DNA of 64,000 nucleotides from the NCBI GenBank assembly GCA_903922735.1, contig CAIXUZ010000022.1, positions 8,997 through 72,996 of the forward strand, in the 5' to 3' direction. The DNA comes from an uncultured Verrucomicrobia subdivision 3 bacterium. Lineage in GTDB: Bacteria > Verrucomicrobiota > Verrucomicrobiia > Limisphaerales > UBA11358. The translations under genes and the position numbers were made by a program. Below are positions 1 through 8,534 of this stretch, in pieces (within the stretch, counting starts at the first letter, position 1; every line of letters begins with the position of its first letter). The notes under the pieces are model-generated. The model made no database searches. It saw nothing but the letters and a program-made list of their open reading frames with translations, and had not been told where the DNA came from.

Positions 1-38
1 TTGGCCGCTTTCGTCAAGCCAGAAAACGGGGAACGTCA

Positions 39-72
39 CCCCCTCTCCCAGCGGGAGAGGGCGGGGTGAGGG
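39..72. repeat. REP-like palindromic element, copy 1 (ccccctctccc-N3-gggagaggg-cggggtgaggg)
   Basis: Read directly. Contains the inverted repeat ccctctccc/gggagaggg. A near-identical string occurs at 63837-63871. Confidence 0.7.
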
Positions 73-295
73 AGAACGCTCGGTCACTTAAAAATTGGCC
101 GCAGAAATAGTTAAACCGCTCTATGGTTAATAAGCATTCAGTCTGGCCGGCCGGCCCAAGAAAAAAGCCAATCCGACGTTTGGGTTCAAATTTCGAATGA
201 AACCCATGGGCATATGAGGTTGGCGCTTATGCCCGCTGGCACACTGGAGAAACGGATGGAAATTTTAAAACCCCATTAAAAAAACGTTTTGAAAG

Positions 296-388
296 TGGCG
301 GAGAGAGGGGGATTCGAACCCCCGATAGAACTTTTGGTCCTATACCGGTTTAGCAAACCAGCGCCTTCAGCCACTCGGCCATCTCTCC
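296..388 (-). tRNA. tRNA-Ser (anticodon GCU), class II with long variable arm, CCA encoded
   Basis: The reverse complement reads GGAGAGATGGCCGAGTGGCTGAAGGCGCTGGTTTGCTAAACCGG...GGGGGTTCGAATCCCCCTCTCTCCGCCA. It has a 7-bp acceptor stem, anticodon loop TTGCTAA, a long extra arm and the T-arm GGTTCGAATCC. Confidence 0.92.
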
Positions 389-390
389 AA
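347..390. repeat. 44-bp direct repeat, copy 1 (tRNA-Ser 5' half plus 2 nt; putative att core of island 1)
   Basis: ggtttagcaaaccagcgccttcagccactcggccatctctccaa is identical to 32288-32331 in the same orientation. Confidence 0.9.
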
Positions 391-398
391 ACCATTTG

Positions 399-426
399 AT
401 TTTATTGGCGATTTGTTGTGTTGCAA
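399..426 (-). promoter_or_regulatory. Candidate sigma70-type promoter for tRNA-Ser, located in island-side DNA
   Basis: On the minus strand: TTGCAA (426-421), 16 nt spacer, TAAAAT (404-399), about 10 nt upstream of the tRNA 5' end. Motif reading only. Confidence 0.3.
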
Positions 427-476
427 TACTGCCAAATCGTGCGCCAAGTTGACAAGTTGCAACACTTGTGCAACAG
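418..476. promoter_or_regulatory. Cluster of GTTGCAA(C/T) / GTGCAACAG motifs, left end of island 1 (possible integrase arm-type sites)
   Basis: gtgttgcaata (418-428), gttgcaacac (456-465) and tgtgcaacag (467-476). The same 9-10-mers recur at 32059-32167. Confidence 0.45.
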
Positions 477-485
477 TGGACACGC

Positions 486-896
486 ATGAAAGCTACCGCG
501 TCACGAAAGACGAAACAAGCGGAAAACAACGTTTGGCCGCGGGAAGTTCCCTTTGGCCGCGAAATCGTCAGAGTTTATCGTCGCAAGACTCCGCTGGGCA
601 ACTTCGCTTACATGGTTGCCAACTACAGCGGCGAGAAACGCCGGTTTGACAGCTATGCGGACGAAGCCCTTGCCCTTGAAGCCGCGCTAAAGCTCGCTCG
701 ACAGATGAGCGAGCGCGAAGTCCTCGCCGCGGCCATGACCAATGAGCAGGCGAGCGAATATGCGGCTGCCGTCCAATTACTCGCCCCGTTCAAAGTCGGC
801 TTGCTCTCGGCTGCTGACGCCGTAGCGAACGCCTTAAAAACCATTGGCGGATTTGAAAATATGGAAAAGGTGAAGCAAGCGGCAGGGCAGGGGTAA
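486..896 (+). pseudogene. N-terminal fragment of a site-specific (tyrosine) integrase; catalytic domain missing
   Basis: The translation REIVRVYRRKTPLGNFAYMVANYSGEKRRFDSYADEALALEAALKLARQM...MTNEQASEYAAAVQLL resembles integrase N-terminal arm-binding regions. The ORF stops after about 137 aa with no R..HxxR..Y domain, and it lies directly beside the tRNA/att. Confidence 0.5.
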
Positions 897-1156
897 CCGG
901 TATCGCATTTCACGAACCGCTGAGGTTCGCCGAGCATTGCCTCAAGATGTTGGCGGGTCTCCTGACGCTGGGTTTTCAAGGCTTCATCCAGTAATTTCTG
1001 GTTTTCCTCGCGATCAGGAATTTTGCGCCCTTTGCTCAAGCGATGATGATCCGCTGGCACGAGCGGATAAAGCTTCAGGACATGCAATAGCCGGAGCATT
1101 TCCCCTCTGCTCAGTTTAAACTGGAATTGATCCTGGTCTGCTCGAATGAGTTTCAT
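653..1156 (-). CDS. Hypothetical protein co-transcribed with clpS; only the first ~87 codons (1156 to ~897) look coding, and the 3' part reads antisense through the integrase fragment
   Basis: Its ATG overlaps the clpS stop (ATGA at 1153-1156). The N-terminal sequence MKLIRADQDQFQFKLSRGEMLRLLHVLKLYPLV... looks protein-like. The C-terminal A/S-rich tail looks like read-through past a deletion junction near 897. Confidence 0.4.
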   Translation of the reverse strand: MKLIRADQDQFQFKLSRGEMLRLLHVLKLYPLVPADHHRLSKGRKIPDREENQKLLDEALKTQRQETRQHLEAMLGEPQRFVKCDTGYPCPAACFTFSIFSNPPMVFKAFATASAAESKPTLNGASNWTAAAYSLACSLVMAAARTSRSLICRASFSAASRARASSA

Positions 1157-1512
1157 TTCGAATCGCTCTCCATGGTCGCGTGCAGGTTGTATTTCTGGAG
1201 CTGGTGGACGTAAAATTCGGCCTTTTCCAAGCTCTCTCGCGTAAGCAGGCTTTTTCCTTCGTTGTGAACCTCCATCATCTTTTTCTCGGCCTTCTTTCGT
1301 TCCCAGCCAAAGACGACTTGAAATACATGCGTCACATAAACCATCAAGTTCACCGGGTCATTCCAGCAAATGACGAGGTAGCCCGGATCCAGGTCGTCAT
1401 CAGATTTGGGCTTCTTCGTGATGACGGGCTTCACGACTGGTTCCAAAGTTGTCGGCATGAAAATATGATAAGGTGCTTGTCTAGGGGTTGAGGGGTTTGG
1501 TGTTTTTTTCAA
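1153..1512 (-). CDS. clpS: ATP-dependent Clp protease adaptor ClpS
   Basis: The core YLVICWNDPVNLMVYVTHVFQVVFGWERKKAEKKMMEVHNEGKSLL is typical of ClpS. The start is TTG at 1512, with an alternative ATG at 1458. Confidence 0.85.
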   Translation of the reverse strand: MKKTPNPSTPRQAPYHIFMPTTLEPVVKPVITKKPKSDDDLDPGYLVICWNDPVNLMVYVTHVFQVVFGWERKKAEKKMMEVHNEGKSLLTRESLEKAEFYVHQLQKYNLHATMESDSK

Positions 1513-1539
1513 ATAAATATCGGTTTTTTCGGATGCCTA

Positions 1540-1617
1540 TTGACAATTAAATGAAGCGGGTTTTTAATCCCTGTCCCTCGGCCGAAAGGCCTTGGGAAAC
1601 GGTTCCTCAAACCTTCC
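1540..1617 (+). promoter_or_regulatory. Repeat family A, copy 1: TTGACA-N17-TTTAAT promoter-like box plus conserved hairpin leader (ggcc-gaaa-ggcc)
   Basis: About 63 nt (agcgggtttttaatccctgtccctcggccgaaaggccttgggaaacggttcctcaaaccttcc) are nearly identical to 4790-4852. Both copies lie upstream of plus-strand genes. Confidence 0.5.
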
Positions 1618-1718
1618 ATCCTGACAGCAGGGTAGTGCCTTAATATGAAATCCCACAGCCATTAAATAAGTTGAAAAATTCACTTGCTATATCGGTCCTA
1701 TCGACTATAAATGGTCAC

Positions 1719-2657
1719 ATGACTAAACTAATTCTAGAAGATGGGGCTGTCCTGAAGGTTTTTAACGCCACCTATCGCGGCTACGTTAAAATCGGGAATG
1801 TAGAAATTCCGTGCGCCGTGCTGGAAAACGGAAAACGCGTTATTTCACAAACTGGGCTGTTTCAATGTTTTGAACGCCCGCGCAAAGGGGAAGTCCGACA
1901 GGAGGGCCTTCCCAGTATTCTGGGAGCAAAAAACTTGCTGCCGTTTGTGACCGACGACGTGCGCGAAAAGTGCGTCGTGATACCATTTCTTCATTCCAAC
2001 GGTAAAATCGCTTATGGCTACGACGCAGAGTTGATTCCGTTGGTTTGCGAAGTCTATTTGAAGGCTCAAGACGAACCCGATGTGCTTCATGCCACTCAAA
2101 TCAAAATTGCGGCAGTTTCTCAAATAATTATTCGGTCCCTTGCCAAGCTGGGAATTATAGCGCTGATTGATGAAGCCACTGGGGCTCAATATGATCGAGA
2201 AAAAGACGCCCTTCAAAAGATTCTTTCAGCGTACATCTCCGAAGATTTTCTGAAATGGCAGTCTAGGTTTCCTCGAAAATACTACCAAGAATTATTCCGG
2301 CTTTATAAATTGAAATATGATCCCATTTCGTTAAAACGCCCACAATTTATCGGAAAATTTACAAATAAATATGTCTATAAAATGATGCCGCCGGGAATTT
2401 TAGAGGAACTACAAAAGCGAAATCCTATTACAGAAAAAGGAACGCGAAGCCGAAAGCACCACCAACTTCTTACCGAAGAAATTGGTATTACCCATTTAGA
2501 GAGGCACGTTACGAAGCTAGTGACGGTGATGGAATTGTCAGAATCTCCTAGGGATTTTGATAATAAATTTCAAAAGGTTTTCCATGGCGCATACCAAGAA
2601 CTGCTTGCGTTTGAAGAAAACAAGAATCAAAGCCCAGAAATGGAGCGGACCAAATAG
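1719..2657 (+). CDS. P63C-domain-like protein (phage/mobile-element associated)
   Basis: The N-terminus GNVEIPCAVLENGKRVISQTGLFQCFERPRKG...LLPF...IPFLHSNGKIAYGYDAELIPLVCEVYL matches my recollection of the P63C family. The gene is low in GC. The ATG at 1719 lies inside the track ORF 1671-2657. Confidence 0.55.
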   Translation: MTKLILEDGAVLKVFNATYRGYVKIGNVEIPCAVLENGKRVISQTGLFQCFERPRKGEVRQEGLPSILGAKNLLPFVTDDVREKCVVIPFLHSNGKIAYGYDAELIPLVCEVYLKAQDEPDVLHATQIKIAAVSQIIIRSLAKLGIIALIDEATGAQYDREKDALQKILSAYISEDFLKWQSRFPRKYYQELFRLYKLKYDPISLKRPQFIGKFTNKYVYKMMPPGILEELQKRNPITEKGTRSRKHHQLLTEEIGITHLERHVTKLVTVMELSESPRDFDNKFQKVFHGAYQELLAFEENKNQSPEMERTK

Positions 2658-2909
2658 GTGTATTTTTAGTTGAAAATGAGCGCAATATGCTTATTTTTAA
2701 CTATTTAACCAGCGGACCACTTTAATTTCACCGCAGTCCGCATTGAAAATGGCGATTTAAAGTGACATCAAGCGGGAGAAATTAAAACCATTGCCGTGAA
2801 CAGCGCATTGCAGTATATTAACTGCAAGTCCCGGAGGACTGTGACGGTTTTCCTATGGAAAGCTATCATAAACGCGATGTAAGCGCGTCGGCTCCGGGCA
2901 AATTTTTTT

Positions 2910-3551
2910 ATGCAGGTATATCTGGATGAAAGTGGTGATACCGGCTGGCAATTTTCCTTTCCATATCGTAGAGGTGGCTCCAGCAGGTTCCTTTCTTTGG
3001 CTTTTTTATTTGTTCCTAAAATCCATCGTAAAGCCACAAAGCAAATTGTGGTGGAAATGTATAAAAAATATGGATGGAAAAATGAAAAAAAAGCCGCAGA
3101 TGCTTCAATAAATCAAAAGCTTGAATTTGCGGGTTCATTAAATGCGGTTTTACAAAAGTTTCCAGACATTAAAATTGCCTGCATCACTGTAAAAAAAGAG
3201 AACGTTCAGTCCCATATTCGTCCCGATCCGAACAAGTTGTATAATTACATGTGCAAACTTGTGACATGCGATTACGTTGACCAAATCAATGAAATCGAAT
3301 TTATCCCAGACAAAAGGACAATAAGGGTTGAAAGCGGAAACTCGCTTTCTGATTATCTTCAAACGGTTTTTTGGTTTGAGTGTTCTGCCAAAACGAAGCT
3401 AATAAACAACCCGCAAGAAAGCGACAAAAACTACAATTTGCAATTTGTGGACTGGGTTGCTCATTGTGTGTGGAGTCATTTTGAAGATGGAGAAACTGTT
3501 GTGTTTTCCGAAATCAGCAAGCAGATCAAACAAAGACAGCTTTTCTTTTAA
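2910..3551 (+). CDS. DUF3800-like protein
   Basis: It starts MQVYLDESGDTG, the characteristic DUF3800 N-terminal DESG motif. The gene is low in GC. Confidence 0.55.
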   Translation: MQVYLDESGDTGWQFSFPYRRGGSSRFLSLAFLFVPKIHRKATKQIVVEMYKKYGWKNEKKAADASINQKLEFAGSLNAVLQKFPDIKIACITVKKENVQSHIRPDPNKLYNYMCKLVTCDYVDQINEIEFIPDKRTIRVESGNSLSDYLQTVFWFECSAKTKLINNPQESDKNYNLQFVDWVAHCVWSHFEDGETVVFSEISKQIKQRQLFF

Positions 3552-3604
3552 TTTTCAAATTAAGGCACTACCGACAGTAGCCGGATTTTGCTTAATCTTT
3601 CCAG

Positions 3605-4696
3605 ATGTCGAACAATCTGAATTTGCATCCTGCAGCCAGCCCAATCACCTTGCAGTCACCGATACGAATCGGGGCATGGGATCTGCCCAATCGCATTGTG
3701 TTGGCGCCATTGACCCGCGCCCGGGCCGGGGCCGAGCGAATCCCCAATGCCCTGATGGCTGAATACTATGTCCAACGATCCTCGGCCGGCTTGATCATCT
3801 CCGAAGCCACGGCCGTGACCCCCATGGGCGTGGGGTATGCCGACACGCCCGGCATCTGGTCGGAAGAACAGGTGGCTGGCTGGAAGCTGGTGACTGAAGC
3901 GGTTCACAAAGCGGGTGGACGAATTGTCATGCAGCTGTGGCATGTCGGGCGCATCTCCGACCCGATGTTTTTGAACGGAGCCTTGCCGGTGGCTCCCAGC
4001 GCCATTGCCGCCGCCGGCCATGTCAGCCTGGTTCGTCCGCTAAGACCGTTTGTCACGCCGCGAGCTCTGGAGTTGCCGGAAATTTCCGGCGTGATTGAAG
4101 CCTACCGCAAAGGGGCGGAGAATGCCCAGCGCGCAGGCTTTGATGGCGTGGAAATCCATGGTGCCAACGGCTATCTGCCGGACCAATTTTTGCAGGACAA
4201 GACGAATCACCGCACCGATGAATATGGCGGTTCGATTGAGAATCGCGCCCGACTGATGTTGCAAATCACCGATGCCACCATTGCCGTCTGGGGAGCCGAA
4301 CGGGTGGGCATGCATCTGGCTCCGCGGGGGGATGCCCATGACATGGGAGACTCCAATCCACTGGCCACGTTCGGCTATGTGGCGAAGGAGCTGAAGCGGC
4401 GCCGGATCGCCTTCATCTGCGCCCGGGAATCACTGGGCGAGAAGCGCATCGGACCGCAATTGAAGGCGCTTTTTGGCGGAGCCTACATCGCCAACGAAAA
4501 ATTCACCCTTGCCACGGGCAATCAGGCATTGGCGGCCGGTGAAGCGGATGCCGTGGCTTATGGGGTGCCCTTCATCGCCAACCCCGACCTGCCGGAACGA
4601 TTCAAACAGAATGCGCCGTTAAATCCGCCGGACCAGTCGACTTTTTACGCCGCGGGAGCCAAGGGTTATACGGACTACCCCTTTTGGAAAAGCTGA
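3605..4696 (+). CDS. NADH:flavin oxidoreductase / alkene reductase, Old Yellow Enzyme family (NemA-like)
   Basis: PNRIVLAPLTRARA, MQLWHVGR and GFDGVEIHGANGYLPDQFLQDKTNHRTDEYGGSIENRARL are classical OYE motifs. Confidence 0.9.
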   Translation: MSNNLNLHPAASPITLQSPIRIGAWDLPNRIVLAPLTRARAGAERIPNALMAEYYVQRSSAGLIISEATAVTPMGVGYADTPGIWSEEQVAGWKLVTEAVHKAGGRIVMQLWHVGRISDPMFLNGALPVAPSAIAAAGHVSLVRPLRPFVTPRALELPEISGVIEAYRKGAENAQRAGFDGVEIHGANGYLPDQFLQDKTNHRTDEYGGSIENRARLMLQITDATIAVWGAERVGMHLAPRGDAHDMGDSNPLATFGYVAKELKRRRIAFICARESLGEKRIGPQLKALFGGAYIANEKFTLATGNQALAAGEADAVAYGVPFIANPDLPERFKQNAPLNPPDQSTFYAAGAKGYTDYPFWKS

Positions 4697-4774
4697 TCGC
4701 CTTCCAAAAACATTGATTCGAACGGGGAAACGCGGAGCGGTGAATAACTATTCTGGTTTTTTGGCTTATCCCGT

Positions 4775-4852
4775 TTGACATTTTTCCACAGCGGGTTTTT
4801 AATCCCTGCCCCTCGGCCGAAAGGCCTGGGTAAACGGTTCCTCAAACCTTCC
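4775..4852 (+). promoter_or_regulatory. Repeat family A, copy 2: TTGACA-N17-TTTAAT plus conserved hairpin leader, upstream of ftsA
   Basis: See 1540-1617. The two copies differ by only a few substitutions and one indel. Confidence 0.5.
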
Positions 4853-4907
4853 TGCACCGCTCCGGCGTGGGCGCGTGCTGACACAATCTAGTGTCGCGTC
4901 CCTGAAC

Positions 4908-6134
4908 ATGTTTAACGGAACCAACATCATTGCCGGCCTTGAAATCGGCACTACGAAAATCTGCGTCGTGATTGGCGAACTGAAAGCCGACGGCTCGATG
5001 AACATCCGCGGCCTTGGGCAAGCCCCCTCCAACGGCGTGCGCAAGGGCGAGTTCATCAATCCGAAGGAAGTCGCGGAGGATGTGCGCGCGGCGCTGGCCC
5101 AGGCGGAAAAGATGGCCGACGTGGAGATCCGGAGCCTTTACGTCGGGGTGACTGGCGGGCACATCCGATGCTTCAACAACCGGGGCATTCACCATGTCTA
5201 TTCCGCCGATCGGGAGATTACCCAGGAGGATGTCGAGGACGTGATCCAGAATGCCAAGGCTGTCAACCTGCCCTTCGACAACTCAATCCTCCACTCCATC
5301 CGGCAGCATTTCATCGTCGACGGGGAAGACGGGGTGACTGATCCCGTCGGGATGCATGCCGCGCAGTTGCAGGTGAATCTCCATGTCATCCACGGGAAAA
5401 CCAACCGCCTGCAAAATGTCATGCGGCTGGTCCAGACCACCTCATTGCAGGTGGATGATGTGGTCTTTAACGGGCTCGCCTCATCGCTGGCGCTGCTCAC
5501 CGCCGAACAGAAGGACCTGGGCGCGCTGGTCATCGACATGGGCGGCGGCACCACGGAATACGCGGTTTATTCGGAGGGGGTCATCCGCCACTCCGGCGTG
5601 CTGGCGGTCGGCGGCGACCATATCACCAACGATCTGGCTTATGGCTTGAAAATATCCCTGAGCCGGGCGGAAAAACTGAAAAAGGCGCACGGCTCCGCCC
5701 TCGTCAATGAAGAGATCGGGGACCAGACCATCAGCGTGACGGACGAACTGGGCTTGGAGATCAAACGGGTGAAGGCTGGGCATGTGCATTTGATCATGTC
5801 GGCGCGGATCGAGGAAGTTTTCAAGATCATCGCCGAGGAGGTGGAGAAAGCCGGCTTGATGAATCTCCTGCGCGCCGGAACGGTTCTTGGCGGCGGCTGC
5901 ACGCATATGCCGGGCATCGTGAAGCTGGCGGAAAAAGTTTTCCAGATGGATGTCGTCATCGGTCGCGTCCAAAACACCGGCGGTCTGGTCGAGGCGCTGG
6001 AAGAGCCGGAATTCGCCACCGCCATCGGCCTGGTCAGGTACGGCGCGATCTACCAGCGCAAGCCGGTGGCGCAGCCGGGCTGGTGGTCCCGCTTCACTGA
6101 GTTCATCAAAAAGCTGATGTCGCTCGTGCGGTAG
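4908..6134 (+). CDS. ftsA: Cell division protein FtsA (actin-like ATPase), solitary copy
   Basis: IAGLEIGTTKICVVIGE, PVGMHAAQLQVNLHVIHG, LVIDMGGGTTEYAVY and VGGDHITNDLAYGL follow the FtsA pattern. The ATG at 4908 lies inside the track ORF 4875-6134. Confidence 0.85.
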   Translation: MFNGTNIIAGLEIGTTKICVVIGELKADGSMNIRGLGQAPSNGVRKGEFINPKEVAEDVRAALAQAEKMADVEIRSLYVGVTGGHIRCFNNRGIHHVYSADREITQEDVEDVIQNAKAVNLPFDNSILHSIRQHFIVDGEDGVTDPVGMHAAQLQVNLHVIHGKTNRLQNVMRLVQTTSLQVDDVVFNGLASSLALLTAEQKDLGALVIDMGGGTTEYAVYSEGVIRHSGVLAVGGDHITNDLAYGLKISLSRAEKLKKAHGSALVNEEIGDQTISVTDELGLEIKRVKAGHVHLIMSARIEEVFKIIAEEVEKAGLMNLLRAGTVLGGGCTHMPGIVKLAEKVFQMDVVIGRVQNTGGLVEALEEPEFATAIGLVRYGAIYQRKPVAQPGWWSRFTEFIKKLMSLVR

Positions 6135-6173
6135 GCTGCCGACGGCAGAGATTTCATGGTAATACTTTCCCGG

Positions 6174-6239
6174 ATGCACCTTCCGCTTGAAGTTGCGGGC
6201 GGGCGGGCGCAGACTCGCGGGGTGCATTCGCTGGCGGAC
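6174..6239 (+). repeat. Repeat family B, copy 1 (~65 nt) downstream of ftsA
   Basis: atgcaccttccgcttgaagttgcgggcgggcgggcgcagactcgcggggtgcattcgctggcggac is about 90 percent identical to 13162-13227. The ends atgcacc/ggtgcat can pair. Confidence 0.6.
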
Positions 6240-6408
6240 ATGGCGGGGGTATTAGCAATGGGTTAACTCTGAATAAAACCAGAAATTTGCCGCTCTACAA
6301 TGAATCGGGATCATGGGCTTGAAGACGGGAAAGCGAATTGAAGATTGACCGCCTTGGCGTTTTTGCTACAACCTCACTCTGTTTCCAGAGTCAGTTTGGC
6401 TCCGGGCG

Positions 6409-7572
6409 ATGGCACAAATGCCACGCACTTTTACGATTATGAAAAGTTTTTGCCTTTCGGTTTTTTTGGGCCTCTGTTTGACCGCGCTGTTTTTTAGCGT
6501 CAACTGCAAAAGAGAGGATGCCTCGTCAATTAACAATCAACCTATCGAAATCGGCGCGACTCTCCCCTTGAGCGGTGACGCAGCGGTATTTGGCAAAAAC
6601 TCCCAGAAGGGAATTGATCTCGCTTTAGAGGAAATCAACAGTTCTGGTGGAATTCTCGGCCGCAAAGTGAAGATTGACTACGAGGATACCAAGGCTTTAG
6701 CAAAGGAGGGAGTAACCGCCTACCAGAAGCTTGTATCTTTTAACAAGGTCACTGCAATCATTGATGACAGTGTCAGCAGCGTCACGCTGGCTATGGCCCC
6801 GCTTGCCGACAAGGATCACATTGTGGTTTTAGCGACAGGTGCGACTGCTCCCCAGATCTCAGGCGTGAGCAAATATGTGTTTCGCATTTGGAATTCCGAC
6901 GCTTATGAGGGTGAAGTCATCGCAGACTACGCGGCGAATCAAGCCCACCTGACCAATGTTGCCATCCTTTACATAAACAACGAATACGGGAAAGGGCTTG
7001 AACGCGTATTTCGCTCTCAATTTACTGCTCGGCACGGAAAAGTTTCAGGCAGCGAGGCATTTGATCAGGGAAGTTCAGACTTGAGAGCACAAATAACGAA
7101 AATCAAAGCAACCTCCCCAGAAGGTATTTACCTTATTGCATATCCGAAAGAGGCTGCGTCGGCTCTGCGCCAAATTAAGGAACTTGGAATAGATTCGAAA
7201 TTGCTCGGCACGGTGGCCTTAAACGACCAGCAGGTGATTGACAATGCGGGCGGTGCGGCTGAAGGGTTGGTGTTTCCATTTCCAAAGGACTCAACAGGCA
7301 CTCAAGTGGATGCTTTCAAAAAAGCGTTTGAGGCCAAATATGGAACGCCACCCCCAGTGCTTGGAGATGTCGGATACGACGCTTTGCACATGATCGCCAA
7401 GGCCGCCGAAATTTCTAAAGGCATTTCGGGGCAGCAAATACAAGAAGGCCTGAAAGCACTAAAAGATTACGCCGGGGCATCCGGCGTTATGACTTTTGAC
7501 GATAAGGGTGATGTGCATAAACCAATGGGTATCAAAGTAATCCACAATGGTAAATTTGAGTGGCATGAATAA
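6409..7572 (+). CDS. Branched-chain amino acid ABC transporter substrate-binding protein (LivJ/K-like)
   Basis: It has a signal peptide, then IEIGATLPLSGDAAVFGKNSQKGIDLALEEINSSGGILGRKV, typical of the periplasmic binding protein type 1 Leu/Ile/Val family. It lies upstream of livHMGF. Confidence 0.85.
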   Translation: MAQMPRTFTIMKSFCLSVFLGLCLTALFFSVNCKREDASSINNQPIEIGATLPLSGDAAVFGKNSQKGIDLALEEINSSGGILGRKVKIDYEDTKALAKEGVTAYQKLVSFNKVTAIIDDSVSSVTLAMAPLADKDHIVVLATGATAPQISGVSKYVFRIWNSDAYEGEVIADYAANQAHLTNVAILYINNEYGKGLERVFRSQFTARHGKVSGSEAFDQGSSDLRAQITKIKATSPEGIYLIAYPKEAASALRQIKELGIDSKLLGTVALNDQQVIDNAGGAAEGLVFPFPKDSTGTQVDAFKKAFEAKYGTPPPVLGDVGYDALHMIAKAAEISKGISGQQIQEGLKALKDYAGASGVMTFDDKGDVHKPMGIKVIHNGKFEWHE

Positions 7573-7595
7573 GCAAGAGCTACACGTTCTTTTTT

Positions 7596-8534
7596 ATGAG
7601 CGAAAGCAAAAATCCAATCGGAACCATCTTTAGACGATACTTTCTTGATGTTATCGCAGCTCTAGTATCGGGCGGATTTTCTCTCTTTTTTGGTTTTGAG
7701 ATTCGGAACGTAAAGGATATTCCTTCCTGGTGGTTTCCCACTTTCTTTGCAGTGTTAGGGGTAGTTTTCTCTTTTACCATTACTGCGATGGTTCGCCTCT
7801 CATATTCACGCGGCGAACATGAGGATATGCTTGAAAAACAACGACAAGAGTTGGTTAGTATTCGGAAGGAAATTGGCGTCACTTTATCCCACATTTCATT
7901 AATCTCTGGATTTGATTCCAAACTTCAAAAACATTCGAATGTTTTTGAAATACTAGAAAAATACGCCAATGAAATAGTAAGCCACATAACTGGGGGACAT
8001 GAAAATGTCTCTTTAGAAGAGTATTTAAACCTTCTTAACTTATCTTTAGAAAGAGCAAATACCTGTGTTTTCGCCACAAGCCTGATTAAGCCCAGCGTCT
8101 TTCTAAATGACCCTGAAGTCATGCGCTATCTAGATAAACAAGGTGAAAGAAAAAAAGAATTAGGTGATAAATTAACAATTAAGAGGGTTTTTCTTTTAAA
8201 GAAAGCAATCATTGAAACCGATGTGCCAATGATTCAAAAGCTAATAAAGGAACATATAGACAGAGGCTTGGAAATTGGATTTTGTGATGAAGATATTCTT
8301 GCAAGATTAGGTGATCGCTATTGCAAAGATTTTGTATTCTTCGAATCGGGAGTCGAAAAATGGGTGGTTGATGCAGGAAACATTGAAGGCGCACACACGT
8401 CCAAAGACGTTGCAAAGATCCAATTGAATCACAATGCAAACTACATAAATAACAACTGGACAACCACCATAACCGGGATCGAAAAGAGAACCTGTTGGGT
8501 GCATTCGATCAAAGATCTAAAAAATCATTTCTAA
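7596..8534 (+). CDS. Hypothetical membrane-anchored protein (two N-terminal hydrophobic segments, unassigned C-terminal domain)
   Basis: 312-aa ORF, clearly lower in GC than its neighbours. Its stop abuts the ATG of the next gene (TAAATG at 8532-8537). I recognise no motif. Confidence 0.6.
   Translation: MSESKNPIGTIFRRYFLDVIAALVSGGFSLFFGFEIRNVKDIPSWWFPTFFAVLGVVFSFTITAMVRLSYSRGEHEDMLEKQRQELVSIRKEIGVTLSHISLISGFDSKLQKHSNVFEILEKYANEIVSHITGGHENVSLEEYLNLLNLSLERANTCVFATSLIKPSVFLNDPEVMRYLDKQGERKKELGDKLTIKRVFLLKKAIIETDVPMIQKLIKEHIDRGLEIGFCDEDILARLGDRYCKDFVFFESGVEKWVVDAGNIEGAHTSKDVAKIQLNHNANYINNNWTTTITGIEKRTCWVHSIKDLKNHF

Noticed and set aside
5481-6227. Shared peptide MHPASL(R/I)P(P/A)AR(N/Y)FKRKV encoded on the minus strand of repeat family B (also within ORF 13132-13422)
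   Set aside because: I considered a conserved small ORF. The similarity ends after 17 codons, one copy continues antisense through ftsA, and the substitutions are not biased towards synonymous changes. I treat it as a nucleotide-level repeat.
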